64,000 nucleotides of DNA from Xanthobacteraceae bacterium (GTDB lineage: Bacteria > Pseudomonadota > Alphaproteobacteria > Rhizobiales > Xanthobacteraceae). Positions 23,928 through 33,534 of this stretch are shown here, piece after piece. Both the position numbers and the translations under genes were made by a program. A model generated the notes under the pieces. It saw only the letters and a list, made by a program, of their open reading frames with translations, made no database searches and had not been told where the DNA came from. The stretch spans positions 59 to 64,058 of the forward strand of contig JBAUYV010000179.1 of the NCBI GenBank assembly GCA_049584975.1, written 5' to 3'. Within the stretch, counting starts at the first letter, position 1. Each line of letters opens with the position of its first letter.

Positions 23928-24821
23928 ATGAACATGCAGCGCTTGCCGTCTGACGTGATCGGACTATCGAAAGTGATGCCGCCCCTTTCGCGGCGCGGCT
24001 TTATGTCGAGTTCAGCCGCGGCGGCGGCAGGCTACACGCTGGCGGCCGGGCCGGTACGCGCCGACGCCATTCATACCGGCACCAAAGGTCTCGACGCGGG
24101 CATGACCAAGATCAAGGTCGCCGACGGCGAGATGCCGGCCTATTACGCTCGGCCGGCCGGCGTGCGGCACCCGCCGATCGTTCTGGTCTGTATGGAAATT
24201 TTTGGGCTGCACGAATGGGTGAAGGACGTGACCCGCCGCATGGGCCACGCCGGCGCGTTCGCGATCGCACCCAACTATTATTTCCGCTCCGAAACAAATG
24301 GCGTCGATCTCACCAAGATCGAGGAGTTGCCGAAGCTGTTCCCCATCGTCAATGCCAAGAAGGACGCGGAGCTCTATTCGGATCTCGATTCTACGGTGGC
24401 GTGGGCGAAGTCTGAGGGCGGCAACGGCGGCCGGCTAGGGATCATGGGCTTTTGCCGCGGCGGTCGCAGCGTATGGCACTACTCAAGCCACAATAGCGAT
24501 CTCAAGGCGGGTGTCGCCTTCTATGGCACTCTCATCGACAAAAACGACGCCGCGCCGAAGAGCTCGATCGACCTCGCGGCGGAAGTCAAACCGCCGGTGC
24601 TCGGCCTCTACGGCGCCGACGACGCCGGTATTAAGCTGGACCAAGTCAAGGATATGGAAGAGGCACTCAAAGCCGCCGGAAAGACGTTCGAGTTTATTGT
24701 CTATTCCGGTGCGCCGCACGGCTTCGTCGCCGACTACCGACCGAGCTACCGCAAGGACGCCGCCGAAGATGCGTGGCAGCGCATGCTCGACTGGTTCAGA
24801 AAGTATGGCGTGCTCAGCTAA
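23928..24821 (+). CDS. Dienelactone hydrolase family protein with a Tat signal
   Basis: Twin-arginine motif SRRGFMSSSAAAAAG. GFCRGG nucleophile elbow. A GGAG SD precedes ATG 23928. Confidence 0.85.
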   Translation: MNMQRLPSDVIGLSKVMPPLSRRGFMSSSAAAAAGYTLAAGPVRADAIHTGTKGLDAGMTKIKVADGEMPAYYARPAGVRHPPIVLVCMEIFGLHEWVKDVTRRMGHAGAFAIAPNYYFRSETNGVDLTKIEELPKLFPIVNAKKDAELYSDLDSTVAWAKSEGGNGGRLGIMGFCRGGRSVWHYSSHNSDLKAGVAFYGTLIDKNDAAPKSSIDLAAEVKPPVLGLYGADDAGIKLDQVKDMEEALKAAGKTFEFIVYSGAPHGFVADYRPSYRKDAAEDAWQRMLDWFRKYGVLS

Positions 24822-24841
24822 ATTACCGTAGCAAAATCCGG

Positions 24842-24870
24842 GCGCGGCGCTTTTCAGCGCCGCGCTTTTC
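24842..24870 (+). terminator. Rho-independent terminator
   Basis: GCGCGGCGCT-TTTC-AGCGCCGCGC followed by TTTTC, 20 nt after the stop codon. Confidence 0.8.
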
Positions 24871-24886
24871 ATGTCTGCTAGAGGCC

Positions 24887-25714
24887 ATGCCCGCTTTCAT
24901 CTGCGTCACTTGCGGTACCCAATTCGCGCCCTCCCCGCAGAAGCCGGCGCGCTGCCCCATCTGCGATGAGCCGCGACAGTTTGTGCCACCGTCGGGGCAG
25001 GCATGGACCACGCTTGAATCCCTGTCGCGCCGCCATATCAATTCCTTCCAGCAACACGAGCCTGGGCTCATCGGCATCGGCAGCGCGCCCGCGTTCGCCA
25101 TCGGGCAGCGCGCACTGTTGTTACGCACCGAAGACGGCAACGTGCTGTGGGACTGCATTTCACTGCTGGACGAGGCGACGATAGCCATCGTTAAGTCGCT
25201 CGGCGGCCTCATCGGCATCGCCATCTCACACCCGCATTATTACTCGTCGATGGTGGAATGGGCGCATGCCTTCAACGCCCCCATTCATCTGCACGCCGGC
25301 GATCGTCAGTGGGTCATGCGTCCCGATCCGGCGATCAAGTTTTGGAGCGGCGATAGGCTGCCGCTGGCCCGTGGCGTTACGCTGATTTGCTGCGGCGGTC
25401 ACTTCGCCGGCGGCACGGTGCTGCACTGGGCGCAAGGCGGCGACGGCCGCGGCACGCTCCTTTCAGGCGACATTGTGCAAATCATCCCCGACCGCAAGTT
25501 CGTCACCTTCATGCGCAGCTATCCCAACATGATTCCGCTGTCGGCGCCGTCCGTCGAACGGATCGGCGCCATGCTCGAGCCTTACGATTTCGACGTCATC
25601 CACGGCGCCTGGTTCGATCGCACCATCCCGCACGACGGCAAGGAGATCGTCAAACGATCGATCGCGCGCTACGTCGAGGCCGTACGCGGGGACGGATCGG
25701 CCGAGTTGCATTGA
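24887..25714 (+). CDS. MBL-fold metallo-hydrolase with an N-terminal zinc-knuckle pair
   Basis: CVTCGTQF...CPICDEPRQF, then an ISHPHYY (HxHxDH-like) region. Confidence 0.75.
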   Translation: MPAFICVTCGTQFAPSPQKPARCPICDEPRQFVPPSGQAWTTLESLSRRHINSFQQHEPGLIGIGSAPAFAIGQRALLLRTEDGNVLWDCISLLDEATIAIVKSLGGLIGIAISHPHYYSSMVEWAHAFNAPIHLHAGDRQWVMRPDPAIKFWSGDRLPLARGVTLICCGGHFAGGTVLHWAQGGDGRGTLLSGDIVQIIPDRKFVTFMRSYPNMIPLSAPSVERIGAMLEPYDFDVIHGAWFDRTIPHDGKEIVKRSIARYVEAVRGDGSAELH

Positions 25715-25729
25715 AGTAAAGGGGGCGGC

Positions 25730-26278
25730 ATGGCTCGCATCGAGGACGTCAAAAGAGAGAAGCTGTCGCCGCAGCAGCAGCAATTGCACGACAACTTTCT
25801 GCGTTCGCGGCCGCACAAGACGTTGACCGGGCCGTTCTCGGTCTTGATCCACACGCCCGATATCGCGGAGCCCACCGACAAGCTGGTCAACTACTATCGC
25901 GGAACAACAAAGCTCGGCCGGCGGCTCATTGAATTGATCATCCTGCTGGTGGTCCGCAGCGCCACCGCCCAGTACGCCTGGTCGGTGCACGAACCGCACG
26001 CGCTTAACGCCGGGATCCCGCAGGAAACCATCGACGCCATAAGGGCGCGTAAGCGGCCGGATCTCGGACGCGAGGACGAACGCGTGATCTACGATTTGGT
26101 CACGGAGCTGTTGGCCAACAAGACGCTGAGTAACGCAACTTTCGAGCGGGCCAAGGCCGCCCTCGGCCTGGAAGGCCTGATCGAGGCCGTCACCTGTACC
26201 GGTTTCTACGGCATGATCGGCTTCGTGCTCAACGCCTTCGAGATCCCGCCGCAGCCCGGACCGGCGCCACTCACTTGA
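25730..26278 (+). CDS. Carboxymuconolactone decarboxylase (AhpD-like) family protein
   Basis: Helical, with LIELIILLVVRSATAQYAWSVHEPHAL typical of CMD-family proteins. Confidence 0.75.
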   Translation: MARIEDVKREKLSPQQQQLHDNFLRSRPHKTLTGPFSVLIHTPDIAEPTDKLVNYYRGTTKLGRRLIELIILLVVRSATAQYAWSVHEPHALNAGIPQETIDAIRARKRPDLGREDERVIYDLVTELLANKTLSNATFERAKAALGLEGLIEAVTCTGFYGMIGFVLNAFEIPPQPGPAPLT

Positions 26279-26284
26279 GGCACT

Positions 26285-26650
26285 TTAGCTGACCATGCCG
26301 ATGACGTAGAGAATCAGGCCCGCGAGCAAAAACGCATATTGCGGCAGCATGGCCGCTTTCAGCCGCGCGCTGCGGCGGCCGAACATCAGGAAGCGCGCCT
26401 CGACATCGAAATTCGATTGGCCGGGCCGCCGCGCCTCCTGCACCAGCGGGATAAGCGACAGTGTGGCCACCCCGAACACAACCGCCAAGGTGAGGCAGGT
26501 CATGGAGGAGACGCGCAACATCTCGTTGGAGAATTCAACGCCTGAGGCCACCCAGGCGAGCAGCGCGATGGTCGCGATCAGCGTATAGCTGTTCGCCTGG
26601 CTGACGAACTCAAGCGCCTTGGTCTGAGGATCGAGCGGCGGACCGTTCAT
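26285..26650 (-). CDS. Hypothetical membrane protein
   Basis: Three or four hydrophobic helices. No family recognised. The start is chosen at M14. Confidence 0.4.
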   Translation of the reverse strand: MNGPPLDPQTKALEFVSQANSYTLIATIALLAWVASGVEFSNEMLRVSSMTCLTLAVVFGVATLSLIPLVQEARRPGQSNFDVEARFLMFGRRSARLKAAMLPQYAFLLAGLILYVIGMVS

Positions 26651-26739
26651 GCCTTGAGACTCTCCGGTGGACGGGCCTAGCAAATACACCCTGACGCGTC
26701 AGTCTGGAAACGCGCTAGAATGGCCAGCGGAGGTTCGCC

Positions 26740-27324
26740 ATGATCACCGACCGCAGAGAACTCCTGGGCCTGCTGCTAGGCGGCTTCGCTTCGCCCGCCC
26801 TGGCTGAACCCATTTCGACGAAAGGGACGGCCATGACCCCGATCACCGCCTACGCCTTTTCCTTCGCCGGCCTCGAAGGCGATGCGATTCGGCTTGCGGA
26901 CTATGCCGGCAAGCCGATCATGGTGGTCAACACCGCGTCGCTTTGCGGCTACACGCCGCAATATGCCGGCCTCGAGCAGCTCTTCACGCGTTTTCACGGC
27001 CGCGGATTGATGATCATCGGCGTGCCGTCGAACGACTTCGGCGGTCAGGAACCGGGCGGACCGGCCGAAATATCCGAGACCGCGAACAAAGAATACGGCG
27101 TCACCTTCCCCCTCACCGCCAAAGCCGACGTCAAGGGCCCGAACGCCCATCCATTCTACAAATGGGCCGCCGCAGAGCGGCCGCAGGAGACGCCGAAGTG
27201 GAATTTCCACAAGTATCTGGTCGGCAGCGACGGGTATATCAGCGCGGTGTTTCCGACGGAGATCGAACCGACCGACACGCGCGTGGTCGACGCGGTGGTC
27301 AAGGAGCTTTCGCGCACCGAGTGA
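26740..27324 (+). CDS. Glutathione peroxidase, exported
   Basis: NTASLCGYTPQY, GVPSNDFGGQEPG and WNFHKYLV motifs. The N-terminus has a signal (DRRELLGLLLGGFASPALA). Confidence 0.9.
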   Translation: MITDRRELLGLLLGGFASPALAEPISTKGTAMTPITAYAFSFAGLEGDAIRLADYAGKPIMVVNTASLCGYTPQYAGLEQLFTRFHGRGLMIIGVPSNDFGGQEPGGPAEISETANKEYGVTFPLTAKADVKGPNAHPFYKWAAAERPQETPKWNFHKYLVGSDGYISAVFPTEIEPTDTRVVDAVVKELSRTE

Positions 27325-27628
27325 GCTTTTGGCGTCCCGGCGCGGGTTGGCTCACGTCCGCCTGAGCCTGTTTTAGCACGGCGCGTCCGCGCGGCGTCAG
27401 AGTGATCGTGCGCCGGCCGTCATTCTCGGTGTGCACCAGACCGTCGACGACCGCATCCTCCCATACCGAAATGTGCGGACAGCTGTGCCAAGCCTCCACC
27501 GCCTGCTCGCGCGTCCGCGTCCGGTCCGCAACCCAGGTGAGGAATTGCACCATGATCAGGCTTGGCGATTCCTGCATTCGAGACTCCTTCATTGCCATTA
27601 TGGACCGAAACATTCGCAAATGCAGCAT
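27299..27628 (-). CDS. Hypothetical protein
   Basis: Gene-like composition. There are several possible starts. No family recognised. Confidence 0.35.
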   Translation of the reverse strand: MLHLRMFRSIMAMKESRMQESPSLIMVQFLTWVADRTRTREQAVEAWHSCPHISVWEDAVVDGLVHTENDGRRTITLTPRGRAVLKQAQADVSQPAPGRQKLTRCAKAP

Positions 27629-27714
27629 TGCCGGAGCACGGCGGAACCAAAGGGCCGACAGTACGTTATCGGCCGCAATGTCTGGGGTCCGATTCTTTCA
27701 TCGCGAGGCATTTC

Positions 27715-27876
27715 ATGTCAGTCCTCATCAGCATTCTGATCACTTTCGTCGTCGTCATTCTCGTCCTTTATCTCGTCAACCTGCTGCCGATCGACGGTCG
27801 CGCCAAACAGATCGTGCGCGTCGTCGTGATCATCATCGGCATAATCTCGTTGCTACGCTACCTCGCCGTCTTCTAA
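27715..27876 (+). CDS. Small hydrophobic membrane protein (53 aa)
   Basis: MSVLISILITFVVVILVLYLVNLLPIDGRAKQIVRVVVIIIGIISLLRYLAVF forms two TM helices. Confidence 0.5.
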   Translation: MSVLISILITFVVVILVLYLVNLLPIDGRAKQIVRVVVIIIGIISLLRYLAVF

Positions 27877-27889
27877 GATCGCCCACATT

Positions 27890-28438
27890 GTGCGCCGCAT
27901 CGAAGGCTACGCCATCGTTTCCGCCGACGGCATGATCGCCGACTCCAAAGGCGAGATGCCAGGTTCGCTCCGCTACGACGCCGACCAGCACTTTCTGCAA
28001 AGCGGCCTCGACGGAGCGGCTGCGGTGATTCATGGCCGCCATTCCTACGAAGGCGGCCCCCGCGCCGCCCAGCGCAAGCGCTTGATCGTGACGCGCCAGG
28101 TCGCCGCCGTTGCGCCGGACTCCGCGCACGCGAACACGCTACTGTGGAATCCCTCCGGCGCGACGCTCGAAAAGGCCCTCGAGGAGCTTGGCGCCACGGA
28201 TGGCACGGTCGTGGTGATCGGCGGTCCCGAGGTGTTCAGCATGTTTCTGCCGCTCTACGACGCCTTCCATTTGTCGCGCGCCGCGAACGTAAGGATTCCA
28301 GGCGGACTTCCCGTCTTCACCGAGGTTGGACCGAATGCCACGCCCGAGGATGTGCTGACGTGGCACGGCTTAAAGCCCGGCCCGCGGGGCGACCTCGACG
28401 CTGCCGCCGGCGTTACGGTAGTAACGTGGACGCGTTAG
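27890..28438 (+). CDS. Dihydrofolate reductase-like (RibD C-terminal domain) family protein
   Basis: IEGYAIVSADGMIAD......L....D......GLD...AVIHGR.SYE pattern, with VVVIGGPEVF near the C-terminus. Confidence 0.65.
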   Translation: MRRIEGYAIVSADGMIADSKGEMPGSLRYDADQHFLQSGLDGAAAVIHGRHSYEGGPRAAQRKRLIVTRQVAAVAPDSAHANTLLWNPSGATLEKALEELGATDGTVVVIGGPEVFSMFLPLYDAFHLSRAANVRIPGGLPVFTEVGPNATPEDVLTWHGLKPGPRGDLDAAAGVTVVTWTR

Positions 28439-28469
28439 CCTCACCGACGAGAATTCGATTTCGGTCAGC

Positions 28470-28757
28470 ATGACGTTACGGCCTCCCCAACGCAGTTCGC
28501 GACCGACGCAGGTGGTCGCGCTCGACTACGAGATCGCGCAGGAACAGGCGAGCGCCCTTGGCCGACTCGGCCGCGCCCTCGAAGCGGCACTCACCGCTCT
28601 CTCCGCACACGAAGCCGCGCACCCCGAACGCGACTCAGAGCGCGCCCGGATGGTCCAACGCGAGGCCTGCGGCCTGCGCGACCCGCGGCCGGCGCTACGC
28701 GATTACCGCGTCCCCTCCGAAGTCCATGCGCGCATGGGAATCTTCCGGCGGCGCTGA
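28470..28757 (+). CDS. Hypothetical protein
   Basis: 95-aa ORF. No family confidently recognised. Confidence 0.3.
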   Translation: MTLRPPQRSSRPTQVVALDYEIAQEQASALGRLGRALEAALTALSAHEAAHPERDSERARMVQREACGLRDPRPALRDYRVPSEVHARMGIFRRR

Positions 28758-28896
28758 CTGGTTCGCGCCCGAGGCGCGCCAATTATCTTTTCATTAACCT
28801 CCGCCGCCGCGGCGAGGAGCCGCCGCCGGCAAGGTTTTGTTCACCCTTGCGGCGGCATTCTCTCAACGACTTCAATGGCGTGCGATCAGGAGCCCT

Positions 28897-30003
28897 ATGC
28901 GCACCCAACCTCTGCTCGATGAACTTGAGGCTGCGCTTGCCTCCGGCACAGATACGCGCCGCGTCGAGATGCTGGCGCGCGTCGCCGATCTCTTTGTTAG
29001 CAGCGCGCCGCATTATTCCGAAGACCAGATCGCCCTGTTTGACGACGTGATGACACGACTCCTCAACGCCACCGAGGCCAAGGCACGCGCCGAACTGGCG
29101 CAGCGGCTGGCACCGATCGCCAACGCCCCCAAGATCGCTATCCACACGCTCGCCTTCGACGACGCTATCGAAGTGGCGCAGCCGGTGCTTAGCCAATCGG
29201 AACGGATCAGCGAGGCGGAAATTCTCGCCACGGCCGCGAGCAAGAGCCAGCAGCACCTGGCAGCCATCGCGCAGCGAAAGACCTTAAGCGAGGCGCTGAC
29301 CGACGTGCTGGCCGAACGCGGCGACCGCAACGTCGTTCATTTGGCGGTCAAGAACCTGGGCGCCCGCTTCTCCGATGCCGGCTTGCATTTGCTGGTGAGG
29401 CGCGCCACCGGCGACGAGGCGCTGGCCACGGAAATGGGTAAGCGCAGCGACATCCGCCAGCAGCTCGCCGAGAAGGCCGCAAGCGCGGAACGGGCACAGC
29501 TCGCGGCCGAACGGACATATGCCCACACCGCCGCACAAGGCGCCGTGGCTGAGCCTGCTGAGGCCGGCGGCAATGATCGCAAGACCCCTTTGGATTTCAC
29601 CGCCGCGCGGACGGAAGTGGAGCGGCAGAACCGCATCCGCCCGATCGGCGATCGGGAAATCTATCAATACGCGCGCGACCGCAAATTCGGCGAGACAGCG
29701 GCCGCGCTGGCAGTCCTGTGTGATACGCCGTTCGAAGTTGTCGAGCGTGCGCTACTCGATCCCGGCGCCGAGCTCGTGCTCATCCTCGCCAAGGTCGCGG
29801 GACTATCGGCGGCCACGACCAGACTCGTCCTGCTCCTGCGCGCGGCCGACCGTGGACTCTCGTCCGATGCCATCGAGCAGGCGCTGGCAAGCTTCGAGCA
29901 CTTACAGCCGGAGGCCGCGCAGCGCGTGCTCAGTTTCTTCCGCGCGCGCACGAAAAAACCGGCGGAGCCAGGGGTTCCGCCGGCTGTAGCCGTGAACGGC
30001 TAA
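28897..30003 (+). CDS. DUF2336 domain protein
   Basis: An AGGAG SD precedes ATG 28897. Helical-repeat sequence LARVADLFVSSAPHYSEDQIALFDDVM..L......AR.ELA.RLA....AP......LA.DD.I.VA.PVL is typical of DUF2336. Confidence 0.7.
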   Translation: MRTQPLLDELEAALASGTDTRRVEMLARVADLFVSSAPHYSEDQIALFDDVMTRLLNATEAKARAELAQRLAPIANAPKIAIHTLAFDDAIEVAQPVLSQSERISEAEILATAASKSQQHLAAIAQRKTLSEALTDVLAERGDRNVVHLAVKNLGARFSDAGLHLLVRRATGDEALATEMGKRSDIRQQLAEKAASAERAQLAAERTYAHTAAQGAVAEPAEAGGNDRKTPLDFTAARTEVERQNRIRPIGDREIYQYARDRKFGETAAALAVLCDTPFEVVERALLDPGAELVLILAKVAGLSAATTRLVLLLRAADRGLSSDAIEQALASFEHLQPEAAQRVLSFFRARTKKPAEPGVPPAVAVNG

Positions 30004-30036
30004 GACAGGCACCTAGTCCGCACGGATGCGCGGGCT

Positions 30037-30375
30037 TTAATAGCCGCAGTAGCTCGGATAGAGCGGTTGCGACCAGGCGCCATTTGGATAGCGGTAGTAG
30101 CAGCCGCCGCGCCACCAGAAATAACCGCCCGGCCGCGCCTGTGCTTCCGAAGCAACGACCGCGCCGGTCGTGCCGCCGATGATGGCGCCGGCAACAGCGC
30201 CCGGGCCACGACCCAACGCGCCGCCGATCAGACCACCGATTACGCCGCCTGCAATGGCGCCGCCGACCGGTGCCGCCGGCGGGGGCGGCGGGTAATACTG
30301 CGCTGCCGCGGGCTGCACCAGAGTGGCGAGCGCCAAGCCCGCCGCGAAAACTCCCGCACCAAAAGTGCGCGTCAT
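30037..30375 (-). CDS. Secreted glycine-zipper protein
   Basis: Signal peptide, a PPPPP stretch, then GGAIAGGVIGGLIGGALG...GAVAGAIIGGTTGAV. The C-terminus is Tyr/Trp/Cys-rich. Confidence 0.6.
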   Translation of the reverse strand: MTRTFGAGVFAAGLALATLVQPAAAQYYPPPPPAAPVGGAIAGGVIGGLIGGALGRGPGAVAGAIIGGTTGAVVASEAQARPGGYFWWRGGCYYRYPNGAWSQPLYPSYCGY

Positions 30376-30539
30376 GTCCGTTCTCCCTTCCCTACCTCGT
30401 CCCGCCGGACGACGGTCGAGGCACCCGTGATTCTGTGTCGCTTCACCAGAAAGCACACTCATAAGAAATATACTGCACTGGTTTGCGAAAATGTGAAGTG
30501 AACATTAGGTAATGCGCATCAGCCATAAAAATCAGTCAT

Positions 30540-31673
30540 TTAGCTGGCCAGCCGCGGCAGCAGCCGCAGCGCATTTTCGCGATTGATGGAGGCACGATCG
30601 GCGGCGCTAAACCCGTAAGCATCCAAACCATTCACCGCCTCGACAGCTTGGCGGTAGGGGAAGTCCGAACCAAACATGAGCTGTGACACCGGGACGATCT
30701 TCAACAGCGCCGCGAACTGACCAGGTTCGTTGCCTTGGGCGATCTCGTAGAAATACTTGCGGATGATCGGCTCCGGTCCATTCGGCATGCGCGGATCCTT
30801 CCTGACCACCTGCTCGCGGATGAACCGGCCGATCAGAAACGGCAGCGTGCCGCCGCTGTGCGACCAGATGAACCGGACGTCCGGACAGCGGAACGCCGTA
30901 CCGCCTTTGCCGAAAATGAGGCTCGCGATGGTGCGCGTCGTATCGGTGGCGAACTCGATGGAGCTGGGGCCGACGCCATCGGCCAGATTGGTGCAGCAGG
31001 CTGGATTGAGCGGGTGGGTATAGACGACAGCCCGGCGCCGACTGAGCTCCTCGAATACTGGCACAAAAGCCGGATCGCCGAGATATTTTTCGCCATAGCT
31101 GGTGAACAGCCCGATCCCGTCGGCCTTGAGCACATCGAGCGCGTATTCGATCTCGCGCAGGCTGCCTTCCGTATCGGGCAGCGGAATGGCGGCGAATAGA
31201 CCGAAACGGCCGGGATGGTCGCGCTTCAACTGCGCCCCGTATTCGTTGCAGGCGCGCGCGAGCGTGCGCCCCTCCTCGACGTCGCCAAACCATACGCCGG
31301 ACGGCACCAGCGACAGCACGGCGGTGGCCACGCCGGCCTTCTCCATGTCGGCGAAGGAAGATTGCAGCGTCCATTCGGGCGGCTTGCCGCCATGCTTGGA
31401 GATCGCAGCGGCCTGAACCGGCGGCACGTAGTGATGATGCACATCAATACGCGCCTTCGCCCCCGTCTGGGCGTCGGCCGGAACTGCCGATGTCAGCGCG
31501 GCGGCAGCGCCCGAGGCGCCAAGACCGAGCGCGGCGATGCCGCCGGCGAGGAAGTTGCGGCGCACCAAGCGCGCCGGCAGCGCCGCCGGCTGGCAGCACG
31601 AACAAATGCGTAAAGGCCCATGGTTTAGGGGTTTCCGACCTGTTGTCTGCGGCCGCTCGAACGTGGTGCTCAT
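30540..31673 (-). CDS. Amidohydrolase-2 family protein with a Tat signal (predicted periplasmic)
   Basis: Twin-arginine motif VRRNFLAGGIAALGLGASGAAAA, then IDVHHHYVPP and FGSDFPY amidohydrolase-2 motifs. Confidence 0.8.
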   Translation of the reverse strand: MSTTFERPQTTGRKPLNHGPLRICSCCQPAALPARLVRRNFLAGGIAALGLGASGAAAALTSAVPADAQTGAKARIDVHHHYVPPVQAAAISKHGGKPPEWTLQSSFADMEKAGVATAVLSLVPSGVWFGDVEEGRTLARACNEYGAQLKRDHPGRFGLFAAIPLPDTEGSLREIEYALDVLKADGIGLFTSYGEKYLGDPAFVPVFEELSRRRAVVYTHPLNPACCTNLADGVGPSSIEFATDTTRTIASLIFGKGGTAFRCPDVRFIWSHSGGTLPFLIGRFIREQVVRKDPRMPNGPEPIIRKYFYEIAQGNEPGQFAALLKIVPVSQLMFGSDFPYRQAVEAVNGLDAYGFSAADRASINRENALRLLPRLAS

Positions 31674-31957
31674 CCCTGCCCTCGCTTGTTTTGTTGGTGC
31701 GCTGGTTTATCGCGAGCTTAACCGCAAGCACGCGCTCGGCAAGTCGGCGAGAACGAGCAGCGACACCGCAATTTGAACAGCGAGACAAAGCATTAAACGT
31801 TTTCGTGCAGAATCCACTTGACTCCCCGCCGCTAGCATTTATGTGGGGACCTTGCCGCTGTTGATCGGTCCCCACGGACCCGATCGGGCGGCATTCGCTT
31901 TCCGCGGCGCCGGCTTGCCGGCATCTCGGGTTCTTATATCTGGTTGGGGAGGACGGC

Positions 31958-32491
31958 ATGAGCCAACGCGCCCTCTTACGATCGGTGAAGGGCTTGGGGA
32001 TCCCAGGTACCGCCCGAAAGGAAGACAGGAAGATCAAACTCAAGGTGGCAGCGCCAGTGCCGGCGGCTGATCGCCAAGATTCTGCTGATCGCCAAAACCA
32101 TGACAGCCAAGATGAAGACCGTAAGGACCACTTTGCGGTTCGCAACGGCGTCCGCTGCGCCGGCGTGCATCTGATCGTCGATCTGCACGGTGCCGATCGG
32201 CTTGACGACATCGAGCACATCGAGGCCACATTGCGCCGCTGCGTCGCAGCGGCGCGCGCGACGCTGCTGCACATCCACTTGCATCATTTCCAGCCGAACG
32301 GCGTGTCCGGCGTGGCGGTGCTGGCAGAGAGCCACATCTCCATCCACACCTGGCCGGAGGCCGGCTACGCCGCACTCGACGTCTTCATGTGCGGCTCGGC
32401 CGATCCGGACGCGTGCATCCCGGTGTTGCGCGAGGCATTTTCCGCGGAGCGCGTCGGCGTCAACGAGCTGTTGCGCGGCCAAGACGGCTGA
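31958..32491 (+). CDS. speD: S-adenosylmethionine decarboxylase proenzyme (small bacterial SpeH/SpeD type) with a charged N-terminal extension of about 65 aa
   Basis: VSGVAVLAESHISIHTWPE.GYAALDVFMCG contains the self-processing ES site. A strong SD (GGGGAGGA) lies 5 nt before ATG 31958. Confidence 0.85.
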   Translation: MSQRALLRSVKGLGIPGTARKEDRKIKLKVAAPVPAADRQDSADRQNHDSQDEDRKDHFAVRNGVRCAGVHLIVDLHGADRLDDIEHIEATLRRCVAAARATLLHIHLHHFQPNGVSGVAVLAESHISIHTWPEAGYAALDVFMCGSADPDACIPVLREAFSAERVGVNELLRGQDG

Positions 32492-32582
32492 CCGGCGGGC
32501 CTAAGCGCTGCCATTTGCGTTTGTGAAGCGGCCGGGCCGGGTCCCGGCCGTTTCGCTGTCGGGAATTCGCAAGGGGGTTGCC

Positions 32583-33470
32583 ATGGTCAAAAAGCGCATG
32601 GCCGAGAAGCGCTGGATTGCCGAGACGCTGTTCGACGATCTCGGTTTCCGCATGACTTTCCAGGTCGACAAGGTGCTGTACGAGCTGCAGACCGAGCACC
32701 AGCACCTCGTGCTGTTTGAGCAGCCGTTCTTCGGCAAGATGCTCATGCTGGACGGCGCCACCCAGATCACCAAGAAGGATGAGTTCATCTACCAGGAGAT
32801 GATGGCGCACGTGCCGCTATTCGCGCACGGCAACGCACGCGAAGTGCTCATTATCGGCGGCGGCGATTGCGGCATCGCCGAGGAAGTGCTCAAGCACGAG
32901 ACGGTCAAGCGCCTCACGCAGGTCGAGATCGATCCAGCGGTGATCGAGTTCTCGAAGGAGCATTTTCCCGAGTTCACCAAGCCGGTGTTCGCCGACAAGC
33001 GCTTCGAGAGCATCATCGACGACGGCATGAAGTATGTCGCCCGCACCGAGCGGCGCTTCGACGCCATCATCGTCGACTCGACCGATCCGCAGGGGCCGGG
33101 CAAAATCCTGTTCAGCACGAGGTTCTACACCGCCTGCAAACGCTGCCTGAACAAGGGCGGCGTGATGGTGACGCAAAACGGCGTACCGATCTTTCAGCCC
33201 GCCGAGCTCACTTCCAGCGTCTCGAAGTTCCGCAAACTGTTCGCCGACGGCGGCTGTTATATCGCCGCGATCCCGACCTATATCGGCGGCCATATGGCCA
33301 TGGGCTGGGCAACCGACAACAAAGCCCTGCGGCAAACCTCGGTGAAAACCATCGCCGCGCGCTACCGCAAAGCCGGCAGCTTCTCGACCAAATATTGGAC
33401 GCCCGAGGTTCACGCCGCTGCGTTTGCGCTGCCGCGCTTTATTGCCGAGACGGTGGCGAAGGCGGGCTGA
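32583..33470 (+). CDS. speE: Spermidine synthase (polyamine aminopropyltransferase)
   Basis: LMLDGATQ....DEFIYQEMM.H, VLIIGGGDCG, VEID..VIE and DAIIVDSTDP.GPG motifs. Confidence 0.9.
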   Translation: MVKKRMAEKRWIAETLFDDLGFRMTFQVDKVLYELQTEHQHLVLFEQPFFGKMLMLDGATQITKKDEFIYQEMMAHVPLFAHGNAREVLIIGGGDCGIAEEVLKHETVKRLTQVEIDPAVIEFSKEHFPEFTKPVFADKRFESIIDDGMKYVARTERRFDAIIVDSTDPQGPGKILFSTRFYTACKRCLNKGGVMVTQNGVPIFQPAELTSSVSKFRKLFADGGCYIAAIPTYIGGHMAMGWATDNKALRQTSVKTIAARYRKAGSFSTKYWTPEVHAAAFALPRFIAETVAKAG

Positions 33471-33474
33471 CTTA

Positions 33475-33523
33475 GAGCATGATCCGGAAAAGTGGATACC
33501 GGTTTTCCGAAAAGATCATGCTC
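33475..33523. repeat. Palindromic REP-like element (LEHDPEKWIPVFRKDHA-type)
   Basis: GAGCATGATC...GATCATGCTC outer arms with inner CGGAAAA/TTTTCCG arms. It lies between the convergent speE and cupin genes. Confidence 0.75.
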
Positions 33524-33534
33524 CAGCAAAGAAT

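Noticed and set aside
31674-31957. Possible SAM- or polyamine-responsive riboswitch upstream of speD
   Set aside because: I could not recognise any known SAM riboswitch core or a convincing terminator/antiterminator pair. Only a weak promoter-like TTGACT is present. An Infernal scan would be needed to exclude one.
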